Assembly: GCA_905372305.1 (NCBI GenBank)
Contig: CAJPOP010000002.1
Location: forward strand, 74,898 to 138,897
Source: Candidatus Saccharimonadota bacterium
Lineage (GTDB): Bacteria > Patescibacteriota > Saccharimonadia > Saccharimonadales > Saccharimonadaceae
Direction: 5' to 3'
DNA length: 64,000 bases
The notes below the pieces were generated by a model. That model saw only the letters and a program-made list of their open reading frames with translations, searched no databases and was not told where the DNA came from. Each line of letters starts with the position of its first letter. Within the stretch, counting starts at the first letter, position 1. Below are positions 9,601-19,419 of the stretch, piece after piece. The translations under genes and the position numbers were made by a program.

Positions 9601-10230
9601 ATGGCTTATTCTAACAATCCTTACGCTCCAAAGGCTAGACGAGCGGCAGTAGATCTGGTAATACGCCAAGGCATGAGTATCGCTCAGTAGCGTTAAGCGT
9701 ACCTTGCGGCGCCAAGGTCTCACAAAACCTATAAGCAAGTGGAAACGGCACCGACCTTATGTACCGCGCCCGCTAGCTAATAAACCAGGAGACTTAGTGC
9801 AGGTAGACACTATTCATTTCGTGCAAAGAGATGGCGGGCGCTTTTATGTCTATACGCTCATAGATCTCTTTTCGCGTGCTGCCTATGCTGAGTATTCTCC
9901 CAAATGCAACCAGTAGGCGAGCTTCCATTTTGTTATGTGCGGACAAGATTATCTCGGCATCTCGCTGGCGATGCTACAAACCGACAACGGACCAGAGTTT
10001 GGCAAATGGTTTCATGACCAGCTGAATTCTAAAGGAATTACCTTGCGCCATTCCAGAGTGCACAAAAGTAATGACAATGCCCATATTGAGAGATTCAATC
10101 GTACTATCCAGGAGGAATGCTTATCTCCAAATATACGTGCATCAATTGTGCCGGAAAGGATTTATTGGTATCTCGCATACTACAACCAGTTCAGGCGACA
10201 CCCAAGCATTAATGGAAATATCCGCTTGAT
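9601..10230 (+). mobile_element. Decayed IS481/IS3-superfamily (rve integrase) transposase pseudogene
   Basis: RBS plus ATG 9601 (MAYSNNPYAPKARRAAVDLV...), stop at 9688-9690. Core continues in another frame with PGDLVQVDT (D), in-frame TAG at 9914-9916, LQTDNGPEF (D), NAHIERFNRTIQEE (E) and YYNQFRRH. Confidence 0.85.
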
Positions 10231-10263
10231 CTATCACACGGATGTATATGTTATAATCACTCC

Positions 10264-10908
10264 ATGTCGCTCCAACTAAAATCTTTAGAAAAACGGCCGA
10301 AACATTGGAAGGGCCGATTGATTTCTGCGACTGCAATTATGCTAATTATCGGCGGATTATACACGCTTGTGATTGCTATATCACCATTCATCTCGTCTCG
10401 GACCATTAACCCAAAGAATAACTCCACCGCCCAACTTATCAACAAAACAGAAAATAAGATTACTGAAAATCGCCTTTATATCCCTAAAATTGACATTAAT
10501 TTGCCATACCTTGCCGGCCCCGCCAGCGTTATGGAACACGGTGCTTGGTGGCGCAAGCCAGAGAACGGTAACCCGAAGGACGGCGGCAACTTTGTTCTAT
10601 CCGCACACCGTTTTATTATGGGCATGACCCCGCAGCAAACGCTCAGAAAATCACCATTTTATAATATCAACCGGCTGGATATCGGCGATAAAATCATCGT
10701 TGATTATAACAGCAAGCGCTACGAGTACCTTATCAGCGAAAAACGCAACGTTAAACCGGAAGCAGTAGAAATCGAACAACGAACCGCCCAACCGCAACTA
10801 ACCCTCTATTCCTGTACTTTAGGCGGCGCCAACGACGGGCGCGAAGTAATCGTTGCCAAACCAAACGTTAGCCATAAATCAAAAACCCCTTCCGATAAAG
10901 GGGTTTAA
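10264..10908 (+). CDS. Sortase
   Basis: N-terminal TM, RLYIPKIDIN, GGNFVLSAHR (His), LTLYSC (Cys) and GRE (Arg). Confidence 0.9.
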   Translation: MSLQLKSLEKRPKHWKGRLISATAIMLIIGGLYTLVIAISPFISSRTINPKNNSTAQLINKTENKITENRLYIPKIDINLPYLAGPASVMEHGAWWRKPENGNPKDGGNFVLSAHRFIMGMTPQQTLRKSPFYNINRLDIGDKIIVDYNSKRYEYLISEKRNVKPEAVEIEQRTAQPQLTLYSCTLGGANDGREVIVAKPNVSHKSKTPSDKGV

Positions 10909-10931
10909 GCAGTCTAGCTTGCTAATAGAAA

Positions 10932-11198
10932 TTATTTACGCAAACCTAACTTGGCAACAACTGCTTTGTAGCTCTCAAAATCAGTTCGCTCCAAATATTT
11001 CAGCAAACGCTTGCGCTTACCAACCATTTGGATTAAGCCGCGGCGCGCCATGAAGTCGTGCTTATTCGCCTTCAAATGCTCCGTGACCTCTTTGATACGA
11101 GCCGTCAAAACCGACACCTGAGCCTGCGAGCTGCCGACGTCGTTTTTATTGACCTGAGTCAAAGCAATTGCTTTCGCTTTATTATCTTTGCTAATCAT
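10932..11198 (-). CDS. rpsO: 30S ribosomal protein S15
   Basis: DVGSSQAQVSVLTARI...HDFMARRGLIQMVGKRKRLLKYL. Confidence 0.97.
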   Translation of the reverse strand: MISKDNKAKAIALTQVNKNDVGSSQAQVSVLTARIKEVTEHLKANKHDFMARRGLIQMVGKRKRLLKYLERTDFESYKAVVAKLGLRK

Positions 11199-11237
11199 AG
11201 CCCTGTTATTATACCAAGCCTAACCTGTAAACGCAAC

Positions 11238-11729
11238 CTAGAACACCTGCGCATAATTATATGCAGGATTACCGGAAGTAGGAACGCTGGCAGCAATATG
11301 ACAATCAGCCTTTATCGTAGCGACTCGAGATGATTCGTCGCTGCTAGGACTATTCAGCGAGGCAAAAACCGCCACGCCAGTTACTGCGCCGCTTCCATCC
11401 TTGCACTGATACCAAAGAAAAATATCTTCTTTATTAGAAGCGTTCTTACTTATAGCATCATCCCTATATCCGCGCTGAAGATACTGCGGCGCCAAAGAAT
11501 CTACGCTATTTGCCTGGTTAAATTTCCCTTGTCCTGATGGCAAGCTATTATTTTTCGTTTCGTACAGCTGCAGAGCATCACCCGCTGTCTTCACAACAGA
11601 ACGAATCTTAGAATCCCTGGCACGTTCGGTCATGCCCGTATAAGAAACTACCGAAATCGTCGCCAGAATAGCAATAACTGTAACGACGACTAATATTTCA
11701 ACTATCGTAAAACCCTTATGCTTGCCCAT
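11238..11729 (-). CDS. Type IV pilin / pseudopilin
   Basis: Class III signal KG-FTIVEILVVVTVIAILATI, then ARDSKI; C-terminal Cys pair. Confidence 0.88.
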   Translation of the reverse strand: MGKHKGFTIVEILVVVTVIAILATISVVSYTGMTERARDSKIRSVVKTAGDALQLYETKNNSLPSGQGKFNQANSVDSLAPQYLQRGYRDDAISKNASNKEDIFLWYQCKDGSGAVTGVAVFASLNSPSSDESSRVATIKADCHIAASVPTSGNPAYNYAQVF

Positions 11730-11746
11730 ATCCTGATAATACCACT

Positions 11747-12406
11747 TCACGACAGAATTCCAAAATCCGCCAGCACCTTAGCATTTTTCACGTCATAATC
11801 AGCGATTTTAATTCGCCGTAAATTCTGGCAGTAAGCGCCAGTTTTTAACTCTTTGCCAATATCCGCCGCCAAGCTGCGTATATATGTACCACTGGAAACA
11901 TGCGCCCGTAACTTCAAAACTGGATAGTCATATTCTATCAATTCTAAAGCATAAATAGTTATTATCCGCTTAGGGATATCAACCTCTTTACCCGCCCGCG
12001 CCAATTGATATGCCCGCTGGCCATTAACTTTTACAGCGCTGAACGCCGGCGGCGTCTGCTCTATTTTACCCGTAAACTTTTGGAGAACTTGCTTAATCTC
12101 GCCTTTGTCTGGTTTTCTATCAGATATCCTGGATAGTTCTCCCTCCGGATCGCCAGTTGTTGATTCTATACCAAGGACAATTTCCGCTTCATACCACTTA
12201 TCCAACTTAGTAAACTCCATAGCCCGGCGGCACATCTGACCCGTAACTATAATCATTAATCCAGTTGCAAACGGATCTAATGTTCCAGTATGTCCGACTT
12301 TTACTTTTTTACCCTCCTGCTTGGATAAGACACGGCGTAAGCGCGCCACCACGCCAAAGCTAGTCATACCCGACGGCTTATCAATCAGCAATATTTCATC
12401 CATCAA
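11747..12406 (-). CDS. truB: tRNA pseudouridine(55) synthase, short form without PUA domain
   Basis: IDKPSGMTS, KVGHTGTLDPFATG, PPAFSAVKVNG and SSGTYIRSL. Confidence 0.95.
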   Translation of the reverse strand: MMDEILLIDKPSGMTSFGVVARLRRVLSKQEGKKVKVGHTGTLDPFATGLMIIVTGQMCRRAMEFTKLDKWYEAEIVLGIESTTGDPEGELSRISDRKPDKGEIKQVLQKFTGKIEQTPPAFSAVKVNGQRAYQLARAGKEVDIPKRIITIYALELIEYDYPVLKLRAHVSSGTYIRSLAADIGKELKTGAYCQNLRRIKIADYDVKNAKVLADFGILS

Positions 12407-14245
12407 CTACTTCTGACCTGGAATTTGAAACTGCGAAGGATTAAAACTTGTATTTTGCGGCGCAGCAGGTTCAGATGCTACTGGGGCGGAAGGCATACCA
12501 CCGCCCAGCGGCGGAACTGGCGGCAAACCAGCCGGCGTTCCTGTTGGTGCTGGCGGAATTGGCGGCAATGTACTAAAGTCTGGCATTGGCGGCAGTGTTG
12601 GCGCAGATGAAGCTGGAGCAGCAGCTTCAAGCTCGGCTAGTGTCGGTGTCGCTGATTTATTTGCACTCTGCATTGGCCCCTGAGCAGGCTGCACCGGCGA
12701 AGCTACAGCCGCAGCTGGAGGAGCGGCAGAAAGCGCAGCATCAACCGCCGCCAAAGCGGACTCGCGGTCGTTAACCGCCGGTGGAGCCGGCGCTGCTGGT
12801 TTGCCAGTTAGCTGCGTTGTATCTTTAGCTATCGCATCCATAATTGATTCATCTGTCGAAGCAGCTGAAGGTGTCTCCGGCGCCCCCATGCCAGGCAAAG
12901 CAGCTGTTGAAGAATTATTTGCAAACGGATCAATTTTCGGCGGTTCGTCAGATTTGCCCATCACAGCATTTAACGGCGTATCGCCAAACGAAGGCTCATT
13001 AGACCCAATATACTCGCCGTGTGTCAAAATTGTCTTATTCTGATTATTTTGTAATTCTCTTTCTTTATCCTTAGCTGCTTGTTCAGTAGTTGCATTCAAT
13101 GTGCCGCCCATCAACGGCGTACTACCTATCGGCTCAGGCGTCGAAGTTTTTACGCTACTCTGCACTGGCGGCAACTTAATCTCTGGAGGTTTTACTGGGG
13201 CTGGTTCGTCATCTTCGTTATCAGCAGTCGAATCTGTCTGGCTTGGCGCGGCAGAATTATTTACCATCTCAATATGAGCTAGCTTAGTTTGCGCCGATTG
13301 TGCCGCTTCATGGCGTTTTTCTTGGACAGTCTGATGCGAAACCTCGTCTAAGCTGCCCTCTTTTTCATGATTAATCGACAACGCGCCGTCAGCTCTAGCC
13401 TGTTCGCTTTCCGAGCTCTTCTTATCTGCGTCCGGTTTTTTCCGGTCTTTCGCCTCTTCAATAGCCTGCGGCCGCTCAGCCCTAGCCTCGCTTTCGGCTA
13501 TCTTCATCGCCACCAGCTGCTGATTGGCGCCAATCGCCATCAGATTTGCGGCAACCGTCATTACCCTAGATGATGTCAAGTTATTACTGAACCTATTCGT
13601 CACCGCCACAATACCAGTTAACAATGCCGTCGCTATCTGCTCATCCAGTGCTGCACTTTGCGTTCTCAGATCGTTAATCAGCTCAACCATCATCTCGCTG
13701 ACACCACTCGCGCTATCTTCATGCCAATCAACCGATCCTAAACCGCTTTTAATGCCGCCCGCTGTCATAGTTACCACAATCGCGTCGTGTAGAATTCTAC
13801 CGTGCGCCGTCAAGGCAGCGTCGATACGCTCGCCATTCTCAACATTCAGCGCCACCACCAGCTCGACATTATAATCTCCCTGCGAAAATTCCAAATCCTT
13901 CTCGGAAATCGTCGTGCGGTACGGCGTAATAAAAATCTTTACCGCGTCATCGACCACTTTATACCGCAAATGATCAGCTTTTTCTTTATCTAGCGCAATA
14001 ATAAAATCGCGCAAACTATTCGCCGTCTGTTCAAACGTCTTATCTGGATTTAAAAACGAAATCGCCGGCGGTACTTCGCCGCTGAACACCGCCGTGGCAT
14101 GCTTGCCTAGCTTGTTCAAAAAAATCGTCAACGCCAGCGCCGCCGACAGTTCATCAACCGACGGATTAGCGCTAACCGTCACCAAAATATTGGTAACATC
14201 CTTGATGCTATCAATTATTCTCTGCTTTGAAGATCCATCAGCCAT
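12407..14245 (-). CDS. DHH/NrnA-like N-terminal domain (degenerate) fused to a long Pro/Ala-rich disordered tail
   Basis: NPSVDELSAALAL, SASGVSEM and IATALLTGIVAVTNRF mirror DHH-family motifs, but the catalytic DGD/DHH/DT residues are changed. Confidence 0.65.
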   Translation of the reverse strand: MADGSSKQRIIDSIKDVTNILVTVSANPSVDELSAALALTIFLNKLGKHATAVFSGEVPPAISFLNPDKTFEQTANSLRDFIIALDKEKADHLRYKVVDDAVKIFITPYRTTISEKDLEFSQGDYNVELVVALNVENGERIDAALTAHGRILHDAIVVTMTAGGIKSGLGSVDWHEDSASGVSEMMVELINDLRTQSAALDEQIATALLTGIVAVTNRFSNNLTSSRVMTVAANLMAIGANQQLVAMKIAESEARAERPQAIEEAKDRKKPDADKKSSESEQARADGALSINHEKEGSLDEVSHQTVQEKRHEAAQSAQTKLAHIEMVNNSAAPSQTDSTADNEDDEPAPVKPPEIKLPPVQSSVKTSTPEPIGSTPLMGGTLNATTEQAAKDKERELQNNQNKTILTHGEYIGSNEPSFGDTPLNAVMGKSDEPPKIDPFANNSSTAALPGMGAPETPSAASTDESIMDAIAKDTTQLTGKPAAPAPPAVNDRESALAAVDAALSAAPPAAAVASPVQPAQGPMQSANKSATPTLAELEAAAPASSAPTLPPMPDFSTLPPIPPAPTGTPAGLPPVPPLGGGMPSAPVASEPAAPQNTSFNPSQFQIPGQK

Positions 14246-14419
14246 ATTTTTTCCTATTTTTTGTTTTTTTATCTAATTACGACTTGCCTCCACTATACCA
14301 TAAGCATTACCATAAAGTCAATAGTTTTACCGCCTCTTTACAATTTTGGCTATTTTCTGTATAATTCCTCCTGATTAGCAATAAAAAATTAGAGATTAAA
14401 TTAACTTTTAAGGAGTACC

Positions 14420-14683
14420 ATGCCAATCATAAAATCCGCCATAAAGCGCGCTAAACAAACCGTCAAACGCCGCGAACGTAATATCGGCATTAAAAAAGAC
14501 ATTAAAACCGCTGTTAAAGCCTTCCACGCTAGTCCAAGCGCCAAAACATTAGCTGGCGCACAGAGCGAACTTGATACAGCTGTAAAAAAGGGCTTGCTTA
14601 AAAAGAACACCGCTGCCCGCCGCAAAAGCGCCTTAAGCAAACTCGCCAAAGACGCTGGTGTAAAGTTGGTAGCTGCTAAATAA
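14420..14683 (+). CDS. rpsT: 30S ribosomal protein S20
   Basis: MPIIKSAIKRAKQ...LDTAVKKGLLKKNTAARRKSAL. Confidence 0.96.
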   Translation: MPIIKSAIKRAKQTVKRRERNIGIKKDIKTAVKAFHASPSAKTLAGAQSELDTAVKKGLLKKNTAARRKSALSKLAKDAGVKLVAAK

Positions 14684-14755
14684 CTATTCTATCTCCAACA
14701 AAAACAGCTGTTTCAGTAGGCTTGTTAGCGGGCTAAACAGTTTAGCTGCTCGGCT

Positions 14756-15448
14756 TTAAGCAGCGTAAGTTTTTCTAATATAATCAGTTATTTGCTGAGC
14801 GTTGACCTTATTTGGATAGTAATTTGATACCTCCTGGTCATTGAATATCAGCTCCATACTATTCTCGCGTGGCGACAGCAACCGAGTTAACCTGGTTTTA
14901 TCGTGCCGCAATAATAATTTTATTTCTTCCAGGGTAACATTTCCGTCGCCGCTAATGTCAAGAGGAGATTCAAGCATAATTTGATCGCCAGAACGCGGCT
15001 GATTAGAATTCTGAATTCTTTGCGGTTTCACTGTCACCAATATGCGCGTAGCAATATTCGGGTCACGCTCGCATCCTGATACGCTTTGCTGCACCTTAAA
15101 CTCATATCGGTCATCCGACATATGCAGCATAGCGCAAGCCTCAGGAAAAAACTTTTGCAAATGATTCGCGTCGCCTTCAATGTGTTCAAGAATATTGCTA
15201 GCAGCCGTACGAGCCAGATTGTCAATCTCGTTCCTCTCCTCGTCGGTCAATTCAATAGACGACGGCTCTTGAGGACCGTAATCCGCACGCCGCGCGGTAT
15301 CGTTGCTAATCGGATTATCGCAAGCTGCAAGAGTAGCGCCAACAGCACCAACCAAAATGGTTAGTCCAGCGTTCTCCAAAAACTTCCTCCTTGAGCTTCC
15401 TTCTGCATGTTCGCCTGATGGTATTTTATCAATATTTGAATTTGGCAC
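14756..15448 (-). CDS. Hypothetical lipoprotein with a twin-arginine-like signal
   Basis: AAGGAG RBS before GTG; SRRKFLE, hydrophobic stretch and LAAC lipobox. Confidence 0.65.
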   Translation of the reverse strand: MPNSNIDKIPSGEHAEGSSRRKFLENAGLTILVGAVGATLAACDNPISNDTARRADYGPQEPSSIELTDEERNEIDNLARTAASNILEHIEGDANHLQKFFPEACAMLHMSDDRYEFKVQQSVSGCERDPNIATRILVTVKPQRIQNSNQPRSGDQIMLESPLDISGDGNVTLEEIKLLLRHDKTRLTRLLSPRENSMELIFNDQEVSNYYPNKVNAQQITDYIRKTYAA

Positions 15449-15510
15449 TGTCTTACTCCTTTTTTACTCGTAACCTTGTTTTTATTTATTATCACAAGTT
15501 TGCCATAAAA

Positions 15511-16449
15511 TCAAATTTTATACATTCGCCGCTTTATTCTGCTTGCCGAAGCAATCTCTACCAGCGCCGCCTCTATCAGCAGCCACGGCGAGGCGCTGGT
15601 TGTTTTCATTTGTAAATCCGCGTAAAACAACGCTTTGTTTATCACCGCCAACTGGCTGAAATTGATTTTATTAGCGTAAGAAGATAATTTCTGTAAAACA
15701 TACGGACTGGTTGAAAAATCCGCTGCAACAGATCCAGTATCATTGCCAGACAATACCAAAGCATTCAAATTGACCGTCTGCGACGCTAATAGTCCCATTG
15801 TTTGGTATGCGCTTTCTACGCCGCCCTCAGCTTCCAAATACGCGATAATTTCATGAATACGGCCAGAATTTCCAGCCAGCGCTGCCATAAACAGTTCAAA
15901 AGCACTTTCCGTTTTCGCCAAAGGCGCTAGTTTATCAAGCAAATCATCGGTAATTTCCCCGGTAAAAGACAACTGTTCAATAAAATTACTCAGACGCAGC
16001 TGATCATAACCCAGCCGGTCAATCAACGTTTCCGCCTGCACCGCACTCAGCGTATAACCCTGTTTCCTTGCCTCGTCGACACACCACTTCGCCAGCTGCG
16101 GTTTTTGCCGTTCATTCAGCGGTGTAAATTCGTAAATTTCGGCATTTTTCCGCAGCCATTTGTATGTTTTCGTGCGCTTATCCAACTTATTCTCCAACAA
16201 AATCACCTCAGTGCTGCTGCTAACAGTGATTTCTGATAATTCCGCCCACAGTGCGGCGTTATCGCTCAGCCGCGAAATAATTACTGTACGCTCCAGTGTA
16301 AACAAAGACTGCCCCTGCATAATATCGCGCAAACTTGCCGCGTCCAGCTGCTCGCCGTCATAACGTTCCGGTACAGCACCGCCAGCAATCAGCGCTGCCA
16401 ACTTTTGACGCTTATCAAACTCATTCTCACCGCATAATACGTATAACAT
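15511..16449 (-). CDS. holA: DNA polymerase III delta subunit
   Basis: YVLCGENEF, SLFTLERTVII, KLDKRTKTYKWL and DLQMKTT; adjacent to rpsT as is common. Confidence 0.85.
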   Translation of the reverse strand: MLYVLCGENEFDKRQKLAALIAGGAVPERYDGEQLDAASLRDIMQGQSLFTLERTVIISRLSDNAALWAELSEITVSSSTEVILLENKLDKRTKTYKWLRKNAEIYEFTPLNERQKPQLAKWCVDEARKQGYTLSAVQAETLIDRLGYDQLRLSNFIEQLSFTGEITDDLLDKLAPLAKTESAFELFMAALAGNSGRIHEIIAYLEAEGGVESAYQTMGLLASQTVNLNALVLSGNDTGSVAADFSTSPYVLQKLSSYANKINFSQLAVINKALFYADLQMKTTSASPWLLIEAALVEIASASRIKRRMYKI

Positions 16450-16531
16450 TTATGTAATTATACCTTATATCAGCAAAACCCGCCTCGTGATAAGAATTAA
16501 CAGCATTTCTTTCTGAGAGCGGCGCAGCATT

Positions 16532-17329
16532 TTATTCGGATTTAATAGAGCTCTTACGAAATATCCACAACGAATCAGGGCTTCTATACTCCTCAAAGAC
16601 AATGCCCGCACCCGCACGAGCTTGTTCTAATTGCTCTTCTGTCGGATCGTAATTAACATAACCATTCGGGCCATTATCTAGATATTGCACCTTGCCCAGC
16701 AAGCTTTCCGCTGCCTGTACGGTAACGAAATCTTCACTACCCTGCACTACCGCGCCGATTAACTCAAGCCCTTTCTTACTATGCAAATCATTCGCTGAAC
16801 CATGCCAGTTATTTGCCAATATAATACCGCCCTCCTGCAGGCGTTCCAGCGCTGAATCAGGCACCAGACCTGCATTGTACGAAAGTATCATGCCAATTTT
16901 CTCCCCGTCAGGCATATTAGCAATATAGTCTTCAATTGTCATTTGTTTTGTACGAAAACCCTTCTTTTGTAGCAGCGCCAAGGCTTTGCTATCCGGATCA
17001 ATATGAACAACTTGATCGCCAAACACCTCAGCCATCGTCCTGTCAGAATTGCTGCCTGGATAAAGAATAAGCTGGTTTGGGTCTTCTTGCCAGCCAAGGC
17101 ATATTATCTCACGCTTCGCCACTTTAAGATGAGCAAGAAGCTCCTCTTTTATGTATGCCTCACGCTTTTCTAATTGCTGTTGAAAATCAGAAAAAATATC
17201 ATCGTACAAGTCTCGTTCTCTATCCCCTTCATTAAGCTGGTCTAACAAACCATCCCACGGATTATCACTACACCCACCAGTTGAACCGTCGGCTTCGCCT
17301 ACAACAATTTCTTGATTATGATCACTCAT
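16532..17329 (-). CDS. Hypothetical protein, possible SAM-dependent methyltransferase-like fold
   Basis: LILYPGSNSD...VVHIDPD...LQEGGIILAN resemble Rossmann MTase motifs I, II and the late strand; strong RBS. Confidence 0.5.
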   Translation of the reverse strand: MSDHNQEIVVGEADGSTGGCSDNPWDGLLDQLNEGDRERDLYDDIFSDFQQQLEKREAYIKEELLAHLKVAKREIICLGWQEDPNQLILYPGSNSDRTMAEVFGDQVVHIDPDSKALALLQKKGFRTKQMTIEDYIANMPDGEKIGMILSYNAGLVPDSALERLQEGGIILANNWHGSANDLHSKKGLELIGAVVQGSEDFVTVQAAESLLGKVQYLDNGPNGYVNYDPTEEQLEQARAGAGIVFEEYRSPDSLWIFRKSSIKSE

Positions 17330-17410
17330 CTCTCCTGCCTATCTGTATTTTGTGTTACGTTTTAACGCATATTCATAAATTCTATTTGTCAAACTATATA
17401 TAATAAATAT

Positions 17411-18298
17411 CTATTTGTCAAATTTTGGCGGTTTTTGGCAAACTGGACACACATGCGTGCCGCGACCGCCAACTTTTAGCTTGATAATTTCTTGGTCGGG
17501 GTGGCGGTGGCAAGCCTGACCTTCGCGGCGAAATACATGAGCAAATGTCAGATAATTTCCTTTTCGACCCTCGGCATCAACGTAGTTTTTATCGGTCGAA
17601 CCGCCCTGATCGATACTGAGTTGCAAAATTTTTCTAAGTTCCGTAAATAATGTGTTCAATTGCTGGTCGGCGACATGCTTGACGCGCGTTTGCGGATGAA
17701 TCTGTGCCGCCCACAGTGCCTCGTCAGCGTAAATATTACCAACCCCAGCGATCACCGCTTGGTCAAGGAAAGCTGGCTTGATCATTGAATTTTGGCGGCG
17801 GCGAATCCGCTGGATAAAATCCTCGGCGCACGTCTGAGGATCGAGCGGCTCCGGCCCGACTTTCTGCATGAACGGCAGGTTTTTTACCTCATCAGTCGGC
17901 AGCAACTTAACCCAGCCAAACTTGCGCTGATCATTAAAAAACAGCCGCGACCCATCAGCAAAATCAATCTGCACCCGCGTCGACCGATCCGGCAGCTCGC
18001 CAATCAAACTATCGTTTGGATGGCCGCCAGCAAAACTCTGCGCTCCACGAAAAATGAACTGCCCCGTCATCTTCAAATGCACCACCAGCGAGTAGCGAGT
18101 ATCCAGATCAATCATCAGCACCTTTGCTCGCCGCCTCACCGCCGTCACACATGCGCCATATAAAAATTGCTCAACGTCAGCTGGCGCATTGGGGAAGCTT
18201 TTTGGCGAGTTAAATACGGTTGCCTGCGTCACTGCTCGGCCCGGCAGTAATTCTGCCAAACCGCGGCGAACTGTCTCAACTTCGGGAAGCTCCGGCAT
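17411..18298 (-). CDS. mutM: Formamidopyrimidine-DNA glycosylase
   Basis: MPELPEVE, HLKMTG, DQRKFG, GVGNIYADE and a C-terminal zinc-finger variant (CHRH...CPVCQ). Confidence 0.96.
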   Translation of the reverse strand: MPELPEVETVRRGLAELLPGRAVTQATVFNSPKSFPNAPADVEQFLYGACVTAVRRRAKVLMIDLDTRYSLVVHLKMTGQFIFRGAQSFAGGHPNDSLIGELPDRSTRVQIDFADGSRLFFNDQRKFGWVKLLPTDEVKNLPFMQKVGPEPLDPQTCAEDFIQRIRRRQNSMIKPAFLDQAVIAGVGNIYADEALWAAQIHPQTRVKHVADQQLNTLFTELRKILQLSIDQGGSTDKNYVDAEGRKGNYLTFAHVFRREGQACHRHPDQEIIKLKVGGRGTHVCPVCQKPPKFDK

Positions 18299-18303
18299 AA
18301 CTA

Positions 18304-18957
18304 TTAAAGCCTAAACGGCGATTCGTCTTGGCCTAAACCAATGCCGCTTGCCATTTTTTTACCATCAGGGATTTGTTTCAGAAACATGTCCAAAATTTCA
18401 TTAACATTTGCCTGCGCCGAACCTTTGGATCCACTACAGTCTGACGTCCATAAACTCTTGACAACCGAATTATTTTTTATAGTTTCAAATTTATAAATTT
18501 TACCGCTGGCACAGATGCCGCGCAAATCGTTTTGCTCGTCAGTCAAATCCTTGCCGTCCATCATTTTACGTTTATCCAGCGCATAAACCAGTTCCGTATA
18601 AGCTTTCGTATTATTATCTAACCTTTTCCGGTCAATTTGATTATCCAAATAACCCTCATACGTTATCATTTCGCGCGAATCCGGCGTGATAGTAATACTA
18701 TACGAACGAAAATTCTCGTTCGCCACAATTGGACCGCGTACCGTCAAGCGCACCGATCGGTCGACGTCGGTTGATAATAAAGCGGTTTTTGCATTCTCAA
18801 TGTTTGGATTTGGCTGGGGATTATTAGGCGATCCGCCGTCGCCAAACAGCGCCCGGCCGATAGCGATAACCGCCGCGACCGCCACAATAGTAATGATAAT
18901 AACTAGCAGAATCGGGATGAAGCGAGAGATTGAGTTTCGTGGTTGAGCATATTTCAT
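18304..18957 (-). CDS. Hypothetical membrane-anchored protein
   Basis: N-terminal TM helix and an extracellular domain with two Cys. Confidence 0.75.
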   Translation of the reverse strand: MKYAQPRNSISRFIPILLVIIITIVAVAAVIAIGRALFGDGGSPNNPQPNPNIENAKTALLSTDVDRSVRLTVRGPIVANENFRSYSITITPDSREMITYEGYLDNQIDRKRLDNNTKAYTELVYALDKRKMMDGKDLTDEQNDLRGICASGKIYKFETIKNNSVVKSLWTSDCSGSKGSAQANVNEILDMFLKQIPDGKKMASGIGLGQDESPFRL

Positions 18958-19007
18958 GGGGTGATTATACTATAATATTAGGATTTTTGCACTAGTTAAT
19001 TAGTATC

Positions 19008-19418
19008 CTAAGAGAGACGTGCTATCGCTTGGTAGAAGGTCTCAGGATATTTGTTTTTCAAATAATCAGCCGCTTCTTCAGGGCTCACCCAATGAAGCGT
19101 AGTACCCGGCTCGCATGAATGAGGGATTTGGTCTGCTGGCATCTGCACGCGGTAGACAATCAACATCAGGCTCGTCATCATATTACCATACGATAGCTGC
19201 TTGACCGCTCTTGCCACATTCCAAAGCTGCTTTCCGACAATGCGATCAACGTCAATCTCTTCGTTTAGTTCACGCAAAAGTGCAGCTTCTATATCCTCGC
19301 CTTGATCCATTCTACCGCCTGGAATATCCCAATAGTCCTTATTTTCGAGCAGCAAAATTTGATTTTCATCATTTCGGATAATGGCTTTTATTCCGATTTG
19401 AAATAACTGCTCTGTCAT
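19008..19418 (-). CDS. NUDIX hydrolase
   Basis: Nudix box PGGRMDQGEDIEAALLRELNEE. Confidence 0.9.
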   Translation of the reverse strand: MTEQLFQIGIKAIIRNDENQILLLENKDYWDIPGGRMDQGEDIEAALLRELNEEIDVDRIVGKQLWNVARAVKQLSYGNMMTSLMLIVYRVQMPADQIPHSCEPGTTLHWVSPEEAADYLKNKYPETFYQAIARLS

Positions 19419-19419
19419 A

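Noticed and set aside
9914..9916. Stop-codon recoding of the in-frame TAG in the transposase
   Set aside because: TAG, TGA and TAA all end normal genes in this window and the element has other lesions, so simple decay is more likely.
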